Both the position numbers and the translations under genes were made by a program. Below the pieces are notes generated by a model that had not been told where the DNA came from, did not search any database, and worked only from the letters and a program-made list of their open reading frames with translations. Shown piece after piece: positions 16,287 to 24,434 of a stretch of DNA of 24,434 nt. The stretch is from an uncultured Solirubrobacteraceae bacterium (lineage in GTDB: Bacteria; Actinomycetota; Thermoleophilia; Solirubrobacterales; Solirubrobacteraceae), in assembly GCA_964588985.1 (NCBI GenBank), contig CAZPQW010000036.1, positions 1 through 24,434 of the forward strand, written 5' to 3'. The stretch's first letter is position 1. Each line of letters begins with the position of its first letter.

Positions 16287-17450
16287 ATGGCTGACGGACG
16301 AGGACATCTGAAGGTCTTCATCGGTATGGCCCCGGGCGTGGGGAAGACCTACCGCATGCTGCAGGAGGGCGCGGCCGAGGCCGAAAGCGGACGCGACGTG
16401 GCGGTCGGCTACCTCGAGTCCCACGGGCGCGCGGAGACGGTCGCGCAGGCCGAGGGCCTGGAGCTGATCCCGCGCCGCGAGACGGTCTACCGCGGCACGC
16501 CGCTGCAGGAGATGGACCTGCCGGCGGTGCTGGCGCGCAAGCCGGAGCTGTGCCTGATCGACGAGCTCGCGCACACGAACGCCCCTGGCGTGGAGCACGA
16601 GAAGCGCTACGAGGACGTACGCGACGTGCTCGAGGCGGGGATCGACGTGTACTCGACCGTCAACGTGCAGCACCTGGAGAGCCTCAACGACCAGGTCACC
16701 CAGCTCACCGGCTCGCGCACCCGCGAGACGATCCCCGACGAGGTGCTCTCGGAGGCCGACGAGGTGGTGCTGATCGACCTCACGCCCGAGGCGCTGATCG
16801 CGCGCCTGCGCGCGGGGAAGGTCTACCGCCCGGAGCGCGTGCCGGCGGCGTTGAACAACTTCTTCAAGATCGAGAACCTGTCCGCGCTGCGCGAGACCGC
16901 GCTGCGCCAGGTGGCCGAGGACGTCGAGGTAAAGCGCCTCGTACGGGATCCGGGCCCGCTCGTGCGCCGCGACGAGGAGGGGCTGATCGCCCCGCCCGAG
17001 GCCGGGCCGCAGGCGATCGCGGAGCGTCTGCTGGCGCTGGTGACGCTCGAGCCGGCCACCGAGCGGATCGTGCGTCGCGCGTGGCGTTCGGCCCAGCGCC
17101 TTGATGCGGAGCTCGACGTGCTCGTGGTGCGCCCGCCGGGACGCCCTCCGAGCCCCGAGGACCGCAAGCGCCTGGAGGAGCTGAGACGGCTGATCTCGAT
17201 GCTGGGCGCGCGCCTGCGGGTGGAGGAGGGGGAGGACGTGGCGGCGGTCGCGATCGGGGTGGCTCGCTCGCTCGGCAGCACCTACGTGCTGATGGGAACG
17301 CCCTCGCCGCCGCGCGGGCTGTCGCGTCTGGGGGGCGGCGTGGAGCGAACGCTTTTGATGCGCCTGCTGCGTGGTCTTCCCGGAGTGGACGTGCGCATAG
17401 TGGCCGACCCGACGCTGCGCGGCGCGGCGCCCGAGCTTGGCGCCGACTGA
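16287..17450 (+). CDS. stand-alone KdpD N-terminal domain + Usp-like domain protein, copy 2
   Basis: GHLKVFIGMAPGVGKTY, ESHGR, DELAHTNAPG, NVQHLESLND, RLRAGKVY, then a Usp-like C-terminus. No TM or kinase domain. Confidence 0.92.
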   Translation: MADGRGHLKVFIGMAPGVGKTYRMLQEGAAEAESGRDVAVGYLESHGRAETVAQAEGLELIPRRETVYRGTPLQEMDLPAVLARKPELCLIDELAHTNAPGVEHEKRYEDVRDVLEAGIDVYSTVNVQHLESLNDQVTQLTGSRTRETIPDEVLSEADEVVLIDLTPEALIARLRAGKVYRPERVPAALNNFFKIENLSALRETALRQVAEDVEVKRLVRDPGPLVRRDEEGLIAPPEAGPQAIAERLLALVTLEPATERIVRRAWRSAQRLDAELDVLVVRPPGRPPSPEDRKRLEELRRLISMLGARLRVEEGEDVAAVAIGVARSLGSTYVLMGTPSPPRGLSRLGGGVERTLLMRLLRGLPGVDVRIVADPTLRGAAPELGAD

Positions 17451-17556
17451 CGGAGCTGTTAAAACTGGCGGCGCGGATGAAGGTTGCGGCGTAAAGGCCT
17501 CGTAAGACTGTTTAGAGGCCCGCAACCCTCCATTCGCTGCGCTGTTGCGCATTCGT

Positions 17557-18564
17557 ATGAGACGACTTCGCCGCCCACTTCCAATTTTGCTTGTCGCGCT
17601 CGCGGCCGTCGCCGTGGCGCTTCCCACGATCGGCCAGGCCGGCGCCGTCGCCCGGCCCGTGCCCCGCGCGCACGCTGCCGCGAGCTACCTGACCGGTCTC
17701 GGCAACCAGGAGGCGGGGATGTTCGCCAACCCGCTGTGGCAGCGGCTGCACACGAAGATCGTGCGCTACGTCGCGCCATACGACGCGGCGGTGCATCTCA
17801 CGGACCTGAACAACGCGATCACCTTCATCCGGGCGGCCGAACTGAGCCACGTGCAGGTGCTCGTGGCCTTCTACCACTCCGAGGTCACCCCCACACGGCT
17901 CCCCAGCGTGGCGGCGTACAAACACGACGTGCAGAAGTTCATGAAGCTGTTCCCGCACGTGAGGCAGTACGAGGCATGGGACGAGTCCAACCGAGGCAAC
18001 GTCGCGTTCGCCTTCTCGAGCCCTTCGGCGACGCTCACCGCGCAGTACTACCAGGCGTTGATCCGCGTCTGCAAGGGCTGCACCGCGATCGGCCTCGACG
18101 TGCTCGACGCGCAGAACATCGGCCCGACGCTGACGTACATCGCGGAATTCAAGCGCGAGATCGGCCATCTGGAGACGGTCATGCCGAGGATCTGGGGGCT
18201 GCACAATTACTCCGACATCAACCGCCTGGAAAGCTGGCGCACGAGCGAAATCGTGCGCGCGCTCGGAGGCCAGGTGTGGCTGACCGAGACTGGCGGTCTG
18301 GTCAAATTCGGCGGTGCGTTCCCCAACAACCACGGCTCGGGCCTGACGCGCGCGGCGAAGGTGCTGAAGCACATGTTCGCCGTCGCCGGGGCCTTCTCTC
18401 AGATCAAGCGGCTCTACATCTACAACTGGCTCGGCGGGACGAGCTCGACCCGCTTCGACGCGGGGCTGACGAACTTCCACGAACAGCCGCGCGCGGGCTA
18501 CCTCGTGGTCTGCCGCCAGCTGCACGCCGCGAAATGCGGCAACGTGCGGCTCGCCAAGAACTAG
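17557..18564 (+). CDS. secreted putative glycoside hydrolase, clan GH-A-like TIM barrel (335 aa)
   Basis: Sec-type signal peptide. YEAWDESN (acid/base-like), GLHNY, VWLTETG (nucleophile-like), YIYNW, FDAGL. Confidence 0.7.
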   Translation: MRRLRRPLPILLVALAAVAVALPTIGQAGAVARPVPRAHAAASYLTGLGNQEAGMFANPLWQRLHTKIVRYVAPYDAAVHLTDLNNAITFIRAAELSHVQVLVAFYHSEVTPTRLPSVAAYKHDVQKFMKLFPHVRQYEAWDESNRGNVAFAFSSPSATLTAQYYQALIRVCKGCTAIGLDVLDAQNIGPTLTYIAEFKREIGHLETVMPRIWGLHNYSDINRLESWRTSEIVRALGGQVWLTETGGLVKFGGAFPNNHGSGLTRAAKVLKHMFAVAGAFSQIKRLYIYNWLGGTSSTRFDAGLTNFHEQPRAGYLVVCRQLHAAKCGNVRLAKN

Positions 18565-18571
18565 CTCCGAG

Positions 18572-20236
18572 CTAGGTCAACAGCGCGGGTTGCGACGGCG
18601 GCTCCGCGCGCGCCTCGCCGCCAGCCCCCGTGCGTCTGGGCGCCGAGGGCTCGTTGCGCAGCAGTCGCATGGCGCACAGCGCGAGCAGTCCAGCGACGGC
18701 GGCGGTCGGCGCGAGCGTCTTCAGCGGGTATGAGCTGAAGCCGGGATGGAGCGTGGTGCTCAGCGCGGTGTGATCGCCGGCGCCGACGATCGATTCGAGA
18801 CCCGCGTGGTCGATCCCGAGGACGGTGGGGGCGAGCGCGGCGAACAGCGCCCATGCGATCAGCGCGAGCAGCCCCCGCACGAGCGCCGCGTCGCTCAGAC
18901 GCAGGCGCGGGGTGGCCCAGGCGGCGAGCAGTACGCCGCCGCCGGCGGCGAGGAGGAACGGCCAGATCCCGCCCCAGCTGCGCCCGAGCCCGAAGGCGGA
19001 CGCGATCGTGGGCTGGAAGAAGCCTTTGCTGAGGTAGCGCATCCAGTCGACCGTCTCGGTCTCGTAGCCCACGAGCGGGTGCGTGAGCGAGGCGATGATG
19101 GTGGTCGTGATCGAGACCGCCGCGAGCGCGATCGTGGGACCGGGGTAGCGCTTGATCGCGATCGCGAGCGGGAACGCGAGGAACGGCAGCATCGTGGTGA
19201 GGAACCGCGGGCCCATGAAGCCGCCGCCGAAGGGCAGGTAGTAGCCAGAGTTGTAGCCCACGTAGCAGAGGCAGATGCCGAGCACGGTGAGCGCCTCGGC
19301 GCGCTTGCCGCGGCGGTAGAGCAGGACCGTTCCGATCCCCGCCATGATCAGCACGGGGGAGACGGTGAGCAGCCCGCGTGAGTCGAACAGGAGCGTCGCG
19401 AACACCTTCGGTTTCGGCATCGTGATCCCGAAGAACCCCGCTTTCTGGCGTTTGACGTCGGAGTAGGCGAGGTGCGTCCAGGAGTGGAAGGCGTAGTGGT
19501 TGTAGAGCAGCAGCGGCACGATGCCGACGATGCCGCCGGCGATGTACGCCCCGGCCCGCGTGACCACGCCGAGCGGCGTGAGCGCGTCGCGGCGCGAGAG
19601 CAGGAACAGCCCGAGCACGAGCGAGACGAAGAACAGCGGGTACTCGGAGGCGACCGCGTAGCCCATCGCGAGGCCCGCGAGGGCGAGCAGCATCGGGCTT
19701 GCGGGCCCGTCGCGCTCTTTGAGCATCAGCGCGAACGCGGCGAAGCCGAGGAACGCGGTGAAGACGTGCGAGAACAGCAGCGTGGAGAGCGGCAGCACCA
19801 TCGTGCCGAGGCCGAGCACCACCGCGGCGGCGACCCCGTAGCCGGGCTCGAAGCGCTCGGACACCCGCCACACGAGCAGCAGCAGCAGCAGCCCCGGCAG
19901 CACGTTGCCCCACAGCCCGACGAAGTAGATCATCTCGTCGTCGCCGCGCTGGGCCTGTGAGTGGCGCGCGACGGCGTCGGCGTTCAGGAAGTTGAGCGTG
20001 TCGTAGAACGGCAGCGCGAACAGCGCGAGCCCGGGGGCGCGCGCGGAGTAGATGTGGCCCTTGTATTCGACCTTGTCGCCGGTGTTCGCCTGGTAGGCGT
20101 CGATCGTGGTGCCGTCGTTGTTGAGCGAGCGGATCAGGTCGAAGTGCGAGGCCTGGTTCCAGGAGAAGCTCTGGATGACCGTGGCGTAGGCGACGCCGAC
20201 GAGCAGGATCGCCACGAGGGCCCGGCGCTTGCCCAT
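18572..20236 (-). CDS. polytopic membrane protein, GT-C-like glycosyltransferase candidate
   Basis: N-terminal TM, extracellular loop (DK...YSARAPG), many TMs, YN..AF, RGLL..SP, GGGFMGPRFL. Confidence 0.65.
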   Translation of the reverse strand: MGKRRALVAILLVGVAYATVIQSFSWNQASHFDLIRSLNNDGTTIDAYQANTGDKVEYKGHIYSARAPGLALFALPFYDTLNFLNADAVARHSQAQRGDDEMIYFVGLWGNVLPGLLLLLLVWRVSERFEPGYGVAAAVVLGLGTMVLPLSTLLFSHVFTAFLGFAAFALMLKERDGPASPMLLALAGLAMGYAVASEYPLFFVSLVLGLFLLSRRDALTPLGVVTRAGAYIAGGIVGIVPLLLYNHYAFHSWTHLAYSDVKRQKAGFFGITMPKPKVFATLLFDSRGLLTVSPVLIMAGIGTVLLYRRGKRAEALTVLGICLCYVGYNSGYYLPFGGGFMGPRFLTTMLPFLAFPLAIAIKRYPGPTIALAAVSITTTIIASLTHPLVGYETETVDWMRYLSKGFFQPTIASAFGLGRSWGGIWPFLLAAGGGVLLAAWATPRLRLSDAALVRGLLALIAWALFAALAPTVLGIDHAGLESIVGAGDHTALSTTLHPGFSSYPLKTLAPTAAVAGLLALCAMRLLRNEPSAPRRTGAGGEARAEPPSQPALLT

Positions 20237-22161
20237 CAGTCGGTTCCGTGCAGCGCCTTCGGCCCCGGGCCGATCTCGTAGATCACGATCGACCCGACCT
20301 GCCTACGCGTCACGCCGAGGCCGGCGATCGGCTTGGTCGCGGCGAGCACCGGGTTCTGCGGCTCCGGTTTGACCCAGCCCTGCTGCGGCGGCAGTCCCTT
20401 CGGGAGATCGGTGTGCAGCACGACGGTCTTGATGCCGTACCAGCGCAGCTTCTCGATGCTGGCCTTGTCCGGGAAGCCGTCCACGCCGCCGCGCAGGTCG
20501 TCGAGGGCGGGGATGTCGAACGTGCTGTTGCCCTGCGGAATCTGCGGGAAGCCGTCGGTGGAGAAGTACTGCCACACGCGGTCGAGCGGGCCGTCGGTGG
20601 GGAGATCCATTACCGGTCCCGGCAGTCCGATCTCCGCGCGTGCAGGCTTCGGGACGACCGGGTCGTTGAGGTGTCCGGCGCCTTCGCCGAGGATGCCGAT
20701 CAGCAGCGCCGCGCCGAGCAGTACGGGCACTCCGGCCAGCGATCGCTTCTGCGCCCAGGGCCCCGCGCGTCGCACGAGCATCTGCGCGCCCGCGCCGGCG
20801 AGGACCGCGTAGAACAGCGTGGCGAGCGTGAACATCCGCCCGGGTACGCGCACGCCGTCCCAGCCGGGGGCGTAGTCGTAGAGCAGGCGGTAGGGGTAGC
20901 CGGCGCCCGTGAGTCCCATGCCGAGCGCGAGGATCGAGACGACCCCGATCCCGATCGCCAGGCCGAGGCGCAATCGTCGCGTGTAGAGCGGGGCGGCGAG
21001 GCCGACGAGGGCGAGCACGAGGATCAGTCCGCCGGGGAAGAACACGCTCTCGTTCTTGGAGTGCACGTTGGCGCGCATACCGGAGGTGATCGAGCCCCAA
21101 ACGCGGTTCTCGGTGGACGCGGATAGCCATGCGGCTGGGCCGGCAGAGTAGTTTTTGACTTCCTTGATGGTGCGTTTGGCCGTCGGGTAGTCGGCGGCGA
21201 CCCTCAGGTAGGGCCGAGCCTGATAGATCGCGACGATCCCGAGGGCGGCTATCCCGACCAACGTCACGACGAGCACCTGGCGCGGGATCAGCGGGCCGCG
21301 TGTGGGCTTCGCCGTCGACATGTCCGCCGAGTCCGGCTTGGCGGCGTCAGGCGTCTCACGCGCTCCCCGCCACCAGTGCACGAACACGAGCAGCGCGAGG
21401 ACGGCCAGCAGGTAGCAGTACTGCAACCCGAGCGTGAAGCCCAGGCTGACCTGCCACGCGGACACGAGCCAGCCTGCGAGCACGAGCCTGCGCGAGGAGC
21501 GCCTGTAGCCGCGCAGCAGCAGGAACAGCGCCAGCGGCAGCCCGCCGGAGGAGATCACGTGCAGGTGGCCGGCCTCCGTTACGCGGTAGGGCGCGTACGC
21601 GAACGCCAGGCCCGCGGCCGCGCCTCCAAGTCGTCCGAGGCCGAGCTCGCGCACCAGCAGGTAGGCGCCCACGAAGCACAGCGACCAGGCGAACAGGAAC
21701 AGCAGGTTGTAGCGAACGAGCGCCGCGACGGTGCCCGAGCCGAAGAACGCCGCGGGTCCGTAGCCGATCAGCGAATCCGAGAACGCGAGGCTGAGCGGAT
21801 GCGGGTAGAAGGTGTTGGCGTTGAACAGGTGCAGCGGGTTGTGGAGCATCGCGTGTCCCACCCACGCGACCTGCCAGACGGTGCGTACCGGGTCGCCGAG
21901 GTCCGGCTCGATGCGGCTCGGCAGGTGCAGTACGAGCGGCCAGGTCGTCAGCACCGCCAGCAGGACGCCCGCGAGCACGACCAGCGGAATCTCACGGCGG
22001 GCGAACGTGGGGGACGGCGCCCAGCGTCCGGCGGGCAGGCGTGAGGCGCGGGCTCCGTTACCAGCGTTCGCGGGCACGCCGGCCGGCACCTCGCCGTCGC
22101 TGTCGGGAGAGTGCGGCGATCCCGGTGACGTGCGTGGCGGACTGGGGAGACCGGTACTCAA
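20236..22161 (-). CDS. polytopic membrane protein, GT-C/YfhO-like glycosyltransferase candidate
   Basis: DLGDP...W...W, NTFYP...LAFSD, AFAYAPYR, GVRVPGR, extracellular C-terminal domain. TGATG-coupled to the downstream gene. TTG start uncertain. Confidence 0.65.
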   Translation of the reverse strand: MSTGLPSPPRTSPGSPHSPDSDGEVPAGVPANAGNGARASRLPAGRWAPSPTFARREIPLVVLAGVLLAVLTTWPLVLHLPSRIEPDLGDPVRTVWQVAWVGHAMLHNPLHLFNANTFYPHPLSLAFSDSLIGYGPAAFFGSGTVAALVRYNLLFLFAWSLCFVGAYLLVRELGLGRLGGAAAGLAFAYAPYRVTEAGHLHVISSGGLPLALFLLLRGYRRSSRRLVLAGWLVSAWQVSLGFTLGLQYCYLLAVLALLVFVHWWRGARETPDAAKPDSADMSTAKPTRGPLIPRQVLVVTLVGIAALGIVAIYQARPYLRVAADYPTAKRTIKEVKNYSAGPAAWLSASTENRVWGSITSGMRANVHSKNESVFFPGGLILVLALVGLAAPLYTRRLRLGLAIGIGVVSILALGMGLTGAGYPYRLLYDYAPGWDGVRVPGRMFTLATLFYAVLAGAGAQMLVRRAGPWAQKRSLAGVPVLLGAALLIGILGEGAGHLNDPVVPKPARAEIGLPGPVMDLPTDGPLDRVWQYFSTDGFPQIPQGNSTFDIPALDDLRGGVDGFPDKASIEKLRWYGIKTVVLHTDLPKGLPPQQGWVKPEPQNPVLAATKPIAGLGVTRRQVGSIVIYEIGPGPKALHGTD

Positions 22162-22285
22162 GGTCTACGGGTGTTCGAAGCCGCGCGGATCGCCGCAGCA
22201 TACGGCAGGCGCCTGCGACATAGCGGCGCACGCAGGCTTTGCGCTTGTGCCGTCCCGCGAGCGCCGTTTGCGTAAGACTGCGCAC

Positions 22286-23500
22286 ATGAGGGTTCTCGTG
22301 GTCGGTGCTGGCGGTGTCGGGGCGGCGTTTGCCGCGATCGCCCAGCGCCGCGAGGTGTTCGAGCACGTCGTGCTCGCTGACGTTGCGCTCGCCAGCGCAC
22401 AGGCGGCGGCGGACAGGCTCGGCGAGCCCGACCGTTTCAGCGCCGAGCGGGTCGACGCGTCCAACCGTGCGGATCTCGTCGAGCTGATCGGCCGGGTGCG
22501 GCCCGACGCGGTGCTCAACGCGTGCGATCCGCGCTTCAACGAGCCGATCTTCGGCGCGGCGTTCGACGCGAAGGTCACCTACCTGGACATGGCGATGACG
22601 CTCTCCCACCCTCACCCCGAGCGCCCGCACGAGCTCCCGGGCGAGATGCTCGGCGATCTGCAGCTGGCCCAGCACGAGGAGTGGGAGCGCGCGGGGCTGC
22701 TCGCGCTCGTGGGGATCGGGGTCGAGCCGGGCCTGTCGGACATCTTCGCCCGCTATGCCGCCGACAAGCTGTTCTCGAGCATCGAGGAAGTCGGTGTGCG
22801 CGACGGCGCGGACCTGGTCGTGGAGGGCTATGACTTCGCTCCGACGTTCTCGATCTGGACGACGATCGAGGAGTGCCTCAACCCGCCGCTGATCTGGGAG
22901 CGCGAGCGCGGCTTCTACACCACCGCGCCGTTCTCCGAGCCCGAGGTGTTCGAGTTTCCCGAGGGCATTGGGCCGGTGGAGTGCGTGAACGTGGAGCACG
23001 AGGAGGTCGTGCTGATCCCTCGCTGGGTCGACTGCGAGCGCGTGACGTTCAAGTACGGCCTCGGACAGGAGTTCATCGACGTGCTCTCCACGCTGCACAA
23101 ACTCGGCCTCGACTCGACCGAGCCCGTGTCGGTCCGGGGGGTGCAGGTCGCGCCGCGCGACGTGGTCGCCGCGGCGCTGCCCAACCCGGCGACGCTCGGC
23201 GAGCGCATGAGCGGGCGCACGTGCGCGGGCACCTGGGTGACGGGTACGGGCATCGATGGCCAGCCGCGCTCGACCTACCTCTACCACCTGGCGGACAACG
23301 AGACGACGATGCGCGAGTACGGCAGTCAGGCGGTGGTGTGGCAGACGGCGATCAACCCCGTCGTCGCGCTTGAGCTGCTCGACCGCGGCGCGTGGAAGGG
23401 GCTCGGCGTGCTCGGCCCGGAGGCGTTCCCGCCGGAGCCGTTCCTGGAGCTGCTGAAGGAGATGGGCTCGCCGCACGGGCAGATGGAGCTGCCCGCGTAG
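22286..23500 (+). CDS. saccharopine dehydrogenase-family oxidoreductase (404 aa)
   Basis: ATG 22286 MRVLVVGAGGVG Rossmann motif, YLDMA, GIGVEPG, FPEGIGP, HEEV, GVLGPEAF. The upstream extension of ORF 21812 overlaps the opposite-strand gene. Confidence 0.88.
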   Translation: MRVLVVGAGGVGAAFAAIAQRREVFEHVVLADVALASAQAAADRLGEPDRFSAERVDASNRADLVELIGRVRPDAVLNACDPRFNEPIFGAAFDAKVTYLDMAMTLSHPHPERPHELPGEMLGDLQLAQHEEWERAGLLALVGIGVEPGLSDIFARYAADKLFSSIEEVGVRDGADLVVEGYDFAPTFSIWTTIEECLNPPLIWERERGFYTTAPFSEPEVFEFPEGIGPVECVNVEHEEVVLIPRWVDCERVTFKYGLGQEFIDVLSTLHKLGLDSTEPVSVRGVQVAPRDVVAAALPNPATLGERMSGRTCAGTWVTGTGIDGQPRSTYLYHLADNETTMREYGSQAVVWQTAINPVVALELLDRGAWKGLGVLGPEAFPPEPFLELLKEMGSPHGQMELPA

Positions 23501-23517
23501 CGAGTCGGTTCCCGCCT

Positions 23518-23552
23518 CACGGTGCGCAAGTCCCTCCTACTCGCGCACCGTG
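23518..23552. terminator. hairpin between convergent genes, possible bidirectional terminator
   Basis: CACGGTGCGC(23518-23527)/GCGCACCGTG(23543-23552), with no U-tract. Confidence 0.5.
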
Positions 23553-23579
23553 GCCCCCGCGGGCGGAAGGTGAGTCTCC

Positions 23580-24434
23580 TCAGAAGTCGACCGGGGCTGG
23601 GATCGCCTCGACCGGCGGGCGATCGAGTATTCCCGGCGGCGCCGTTTCGAGTTTGCGCGAGAAGAACTCTTTGAAGACTGGCCGCGACACGAGCATCAGG
23701 ACGACGCCGAGCAGCAGCCCGCCGATTCCCATCCATAGCGGCAGTGTGATGCCGAGGATCGGGCTGGAGGAGGTGTTTTCCGAGTGTCCGTAGTAGTCGG
23801 CGGCCTTGTACATCACCGCCCACATCATCAGGCCGCCGATCAGCGGCCCGGCACCGAGAAACAGGAAGTTGCGCACGCTCTTACCCAGCTCTTTGCGGTA
23901 GTAGATCGCGCATGCGATACCCGTGAAGCCGTAGTAGAAGCAGATCGGGAATCCGATCGCGGCGATCGAGTCTTCGAGGACGCTTTCGGAGAGCGTGAGC
24001 AGGACGACCGTCGTGATTATCGACAGCGCGCCGAAGCCGAGCGTGGAGACCGTGGGGGTCAAATAACGTTTGTGCACACGCGAGAGCAGCGACGTGACCG
24101 CTTTCCAGTGTGCCATCGAGAGCGTGGTTCGCGCCGTTGGGAGAATCGTCGTCTGGGTCGAGGCCGATGCCGACGTGAGCACGGTGATGATCAACAGCTT
24201 GTTCAGCGTGCCACCGAGCACACCCTTGCCGAGCGCGTTGAGGACGTCTTCCTCATTGCCTTCGGCAGTCAGGAAGCCGACACCGTGGAAGGACTGCGCG
24301 GCGGCTGTGACGACCACGTAGATCAGCACCAGCAGGACCGTGGAGATGACGGCGGCCTTGCCCGGGCCCTCGGCTGGATCCTCGGACTCCTCGTTGACCG
24401 CCACGCCCGAATCCCAGCCCCAGTAGATGAAGAA
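23580..24434 (-). CDS. APC-family amino acid/polyamine permease, 3' part (5' end outside window)
   Basis: Frame open to the window edge: FFIYWGWDSGVAVNEES.DP...PG, TSASASTQTTILPTART, multiple TMs. Confidence 0.88.
   Translation of the reverse strand, partial: FFIYWGWDSGVAVNEESEDPAEGPGKAAVISTVLLVLIYVVVTAAAQSFHGVGFLTAEGNEEDVLNALGKGVLGGTLNKLLIITVLTSASASTQTTILPTARTTLSMAHWKAVTSLLSRVHKRYLTPTVSTLGFGALSIITTVVLLTLSESVLEDSIAAIGFPICFYYGFTGIACAIYYRKELGKSVRNFLFLGAGPLIGGLMMWAVMYKAADYYGHSENTSSSPILGITLPLWMGIGGLLLGVVLMLVSRPVFKEFFSRKLETAPPGILDRPPVEAIPAPVDF

Noticed and set aside
1-24434. Mobile element, prophage or defence island
   Set aside because: No integrase, transposase, phage or defence motifs seen, and no sharp compositional break apparent by eye.

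Overview
High-GC bacterial chromosomal window. Gene content and leaderless TANNNT-type promoters suggest an actinobacterium, possibly Thermoleophilia/Solirubrobacterales (inference). Left end: a possible nuoA-like gene start, a membrane protein, a lipoprotein cytochrome c, serS, a TetR-like/winged-helix regulator and a secreted S53 peptidase. The core (5781-17450) is an expanded, rearranged K+ homeostasis locus. It contains a KdpD kinase lacking its N-terminal domain, kdpE, an unannotated 26-aa membrane peptide, kdpF, then kdpA-kdpC-kdpB (non-canonical order), a stand-alone KdpD-N/Usp protein, a membrane-anchored Usp, a hypothetical gene, an NhaP/CPA1 antiporter and a second, divergent KdpD-N/Usp paralog. 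A 49-nt promoter module upstream of the kdp operon recurs (33/49 nt, ungapped) upstream of the hypothetical gene. Right end: a secreted clan GH-A-like hydrolase, two GT-C-like membrane proteins, a saccharopine-dehydrogenase-family enzyme and a partial APC permease. I saw no rRNA, tRNA, CRISPR array or mobile element. All calls are from motif recognition by eye, with no database searches.
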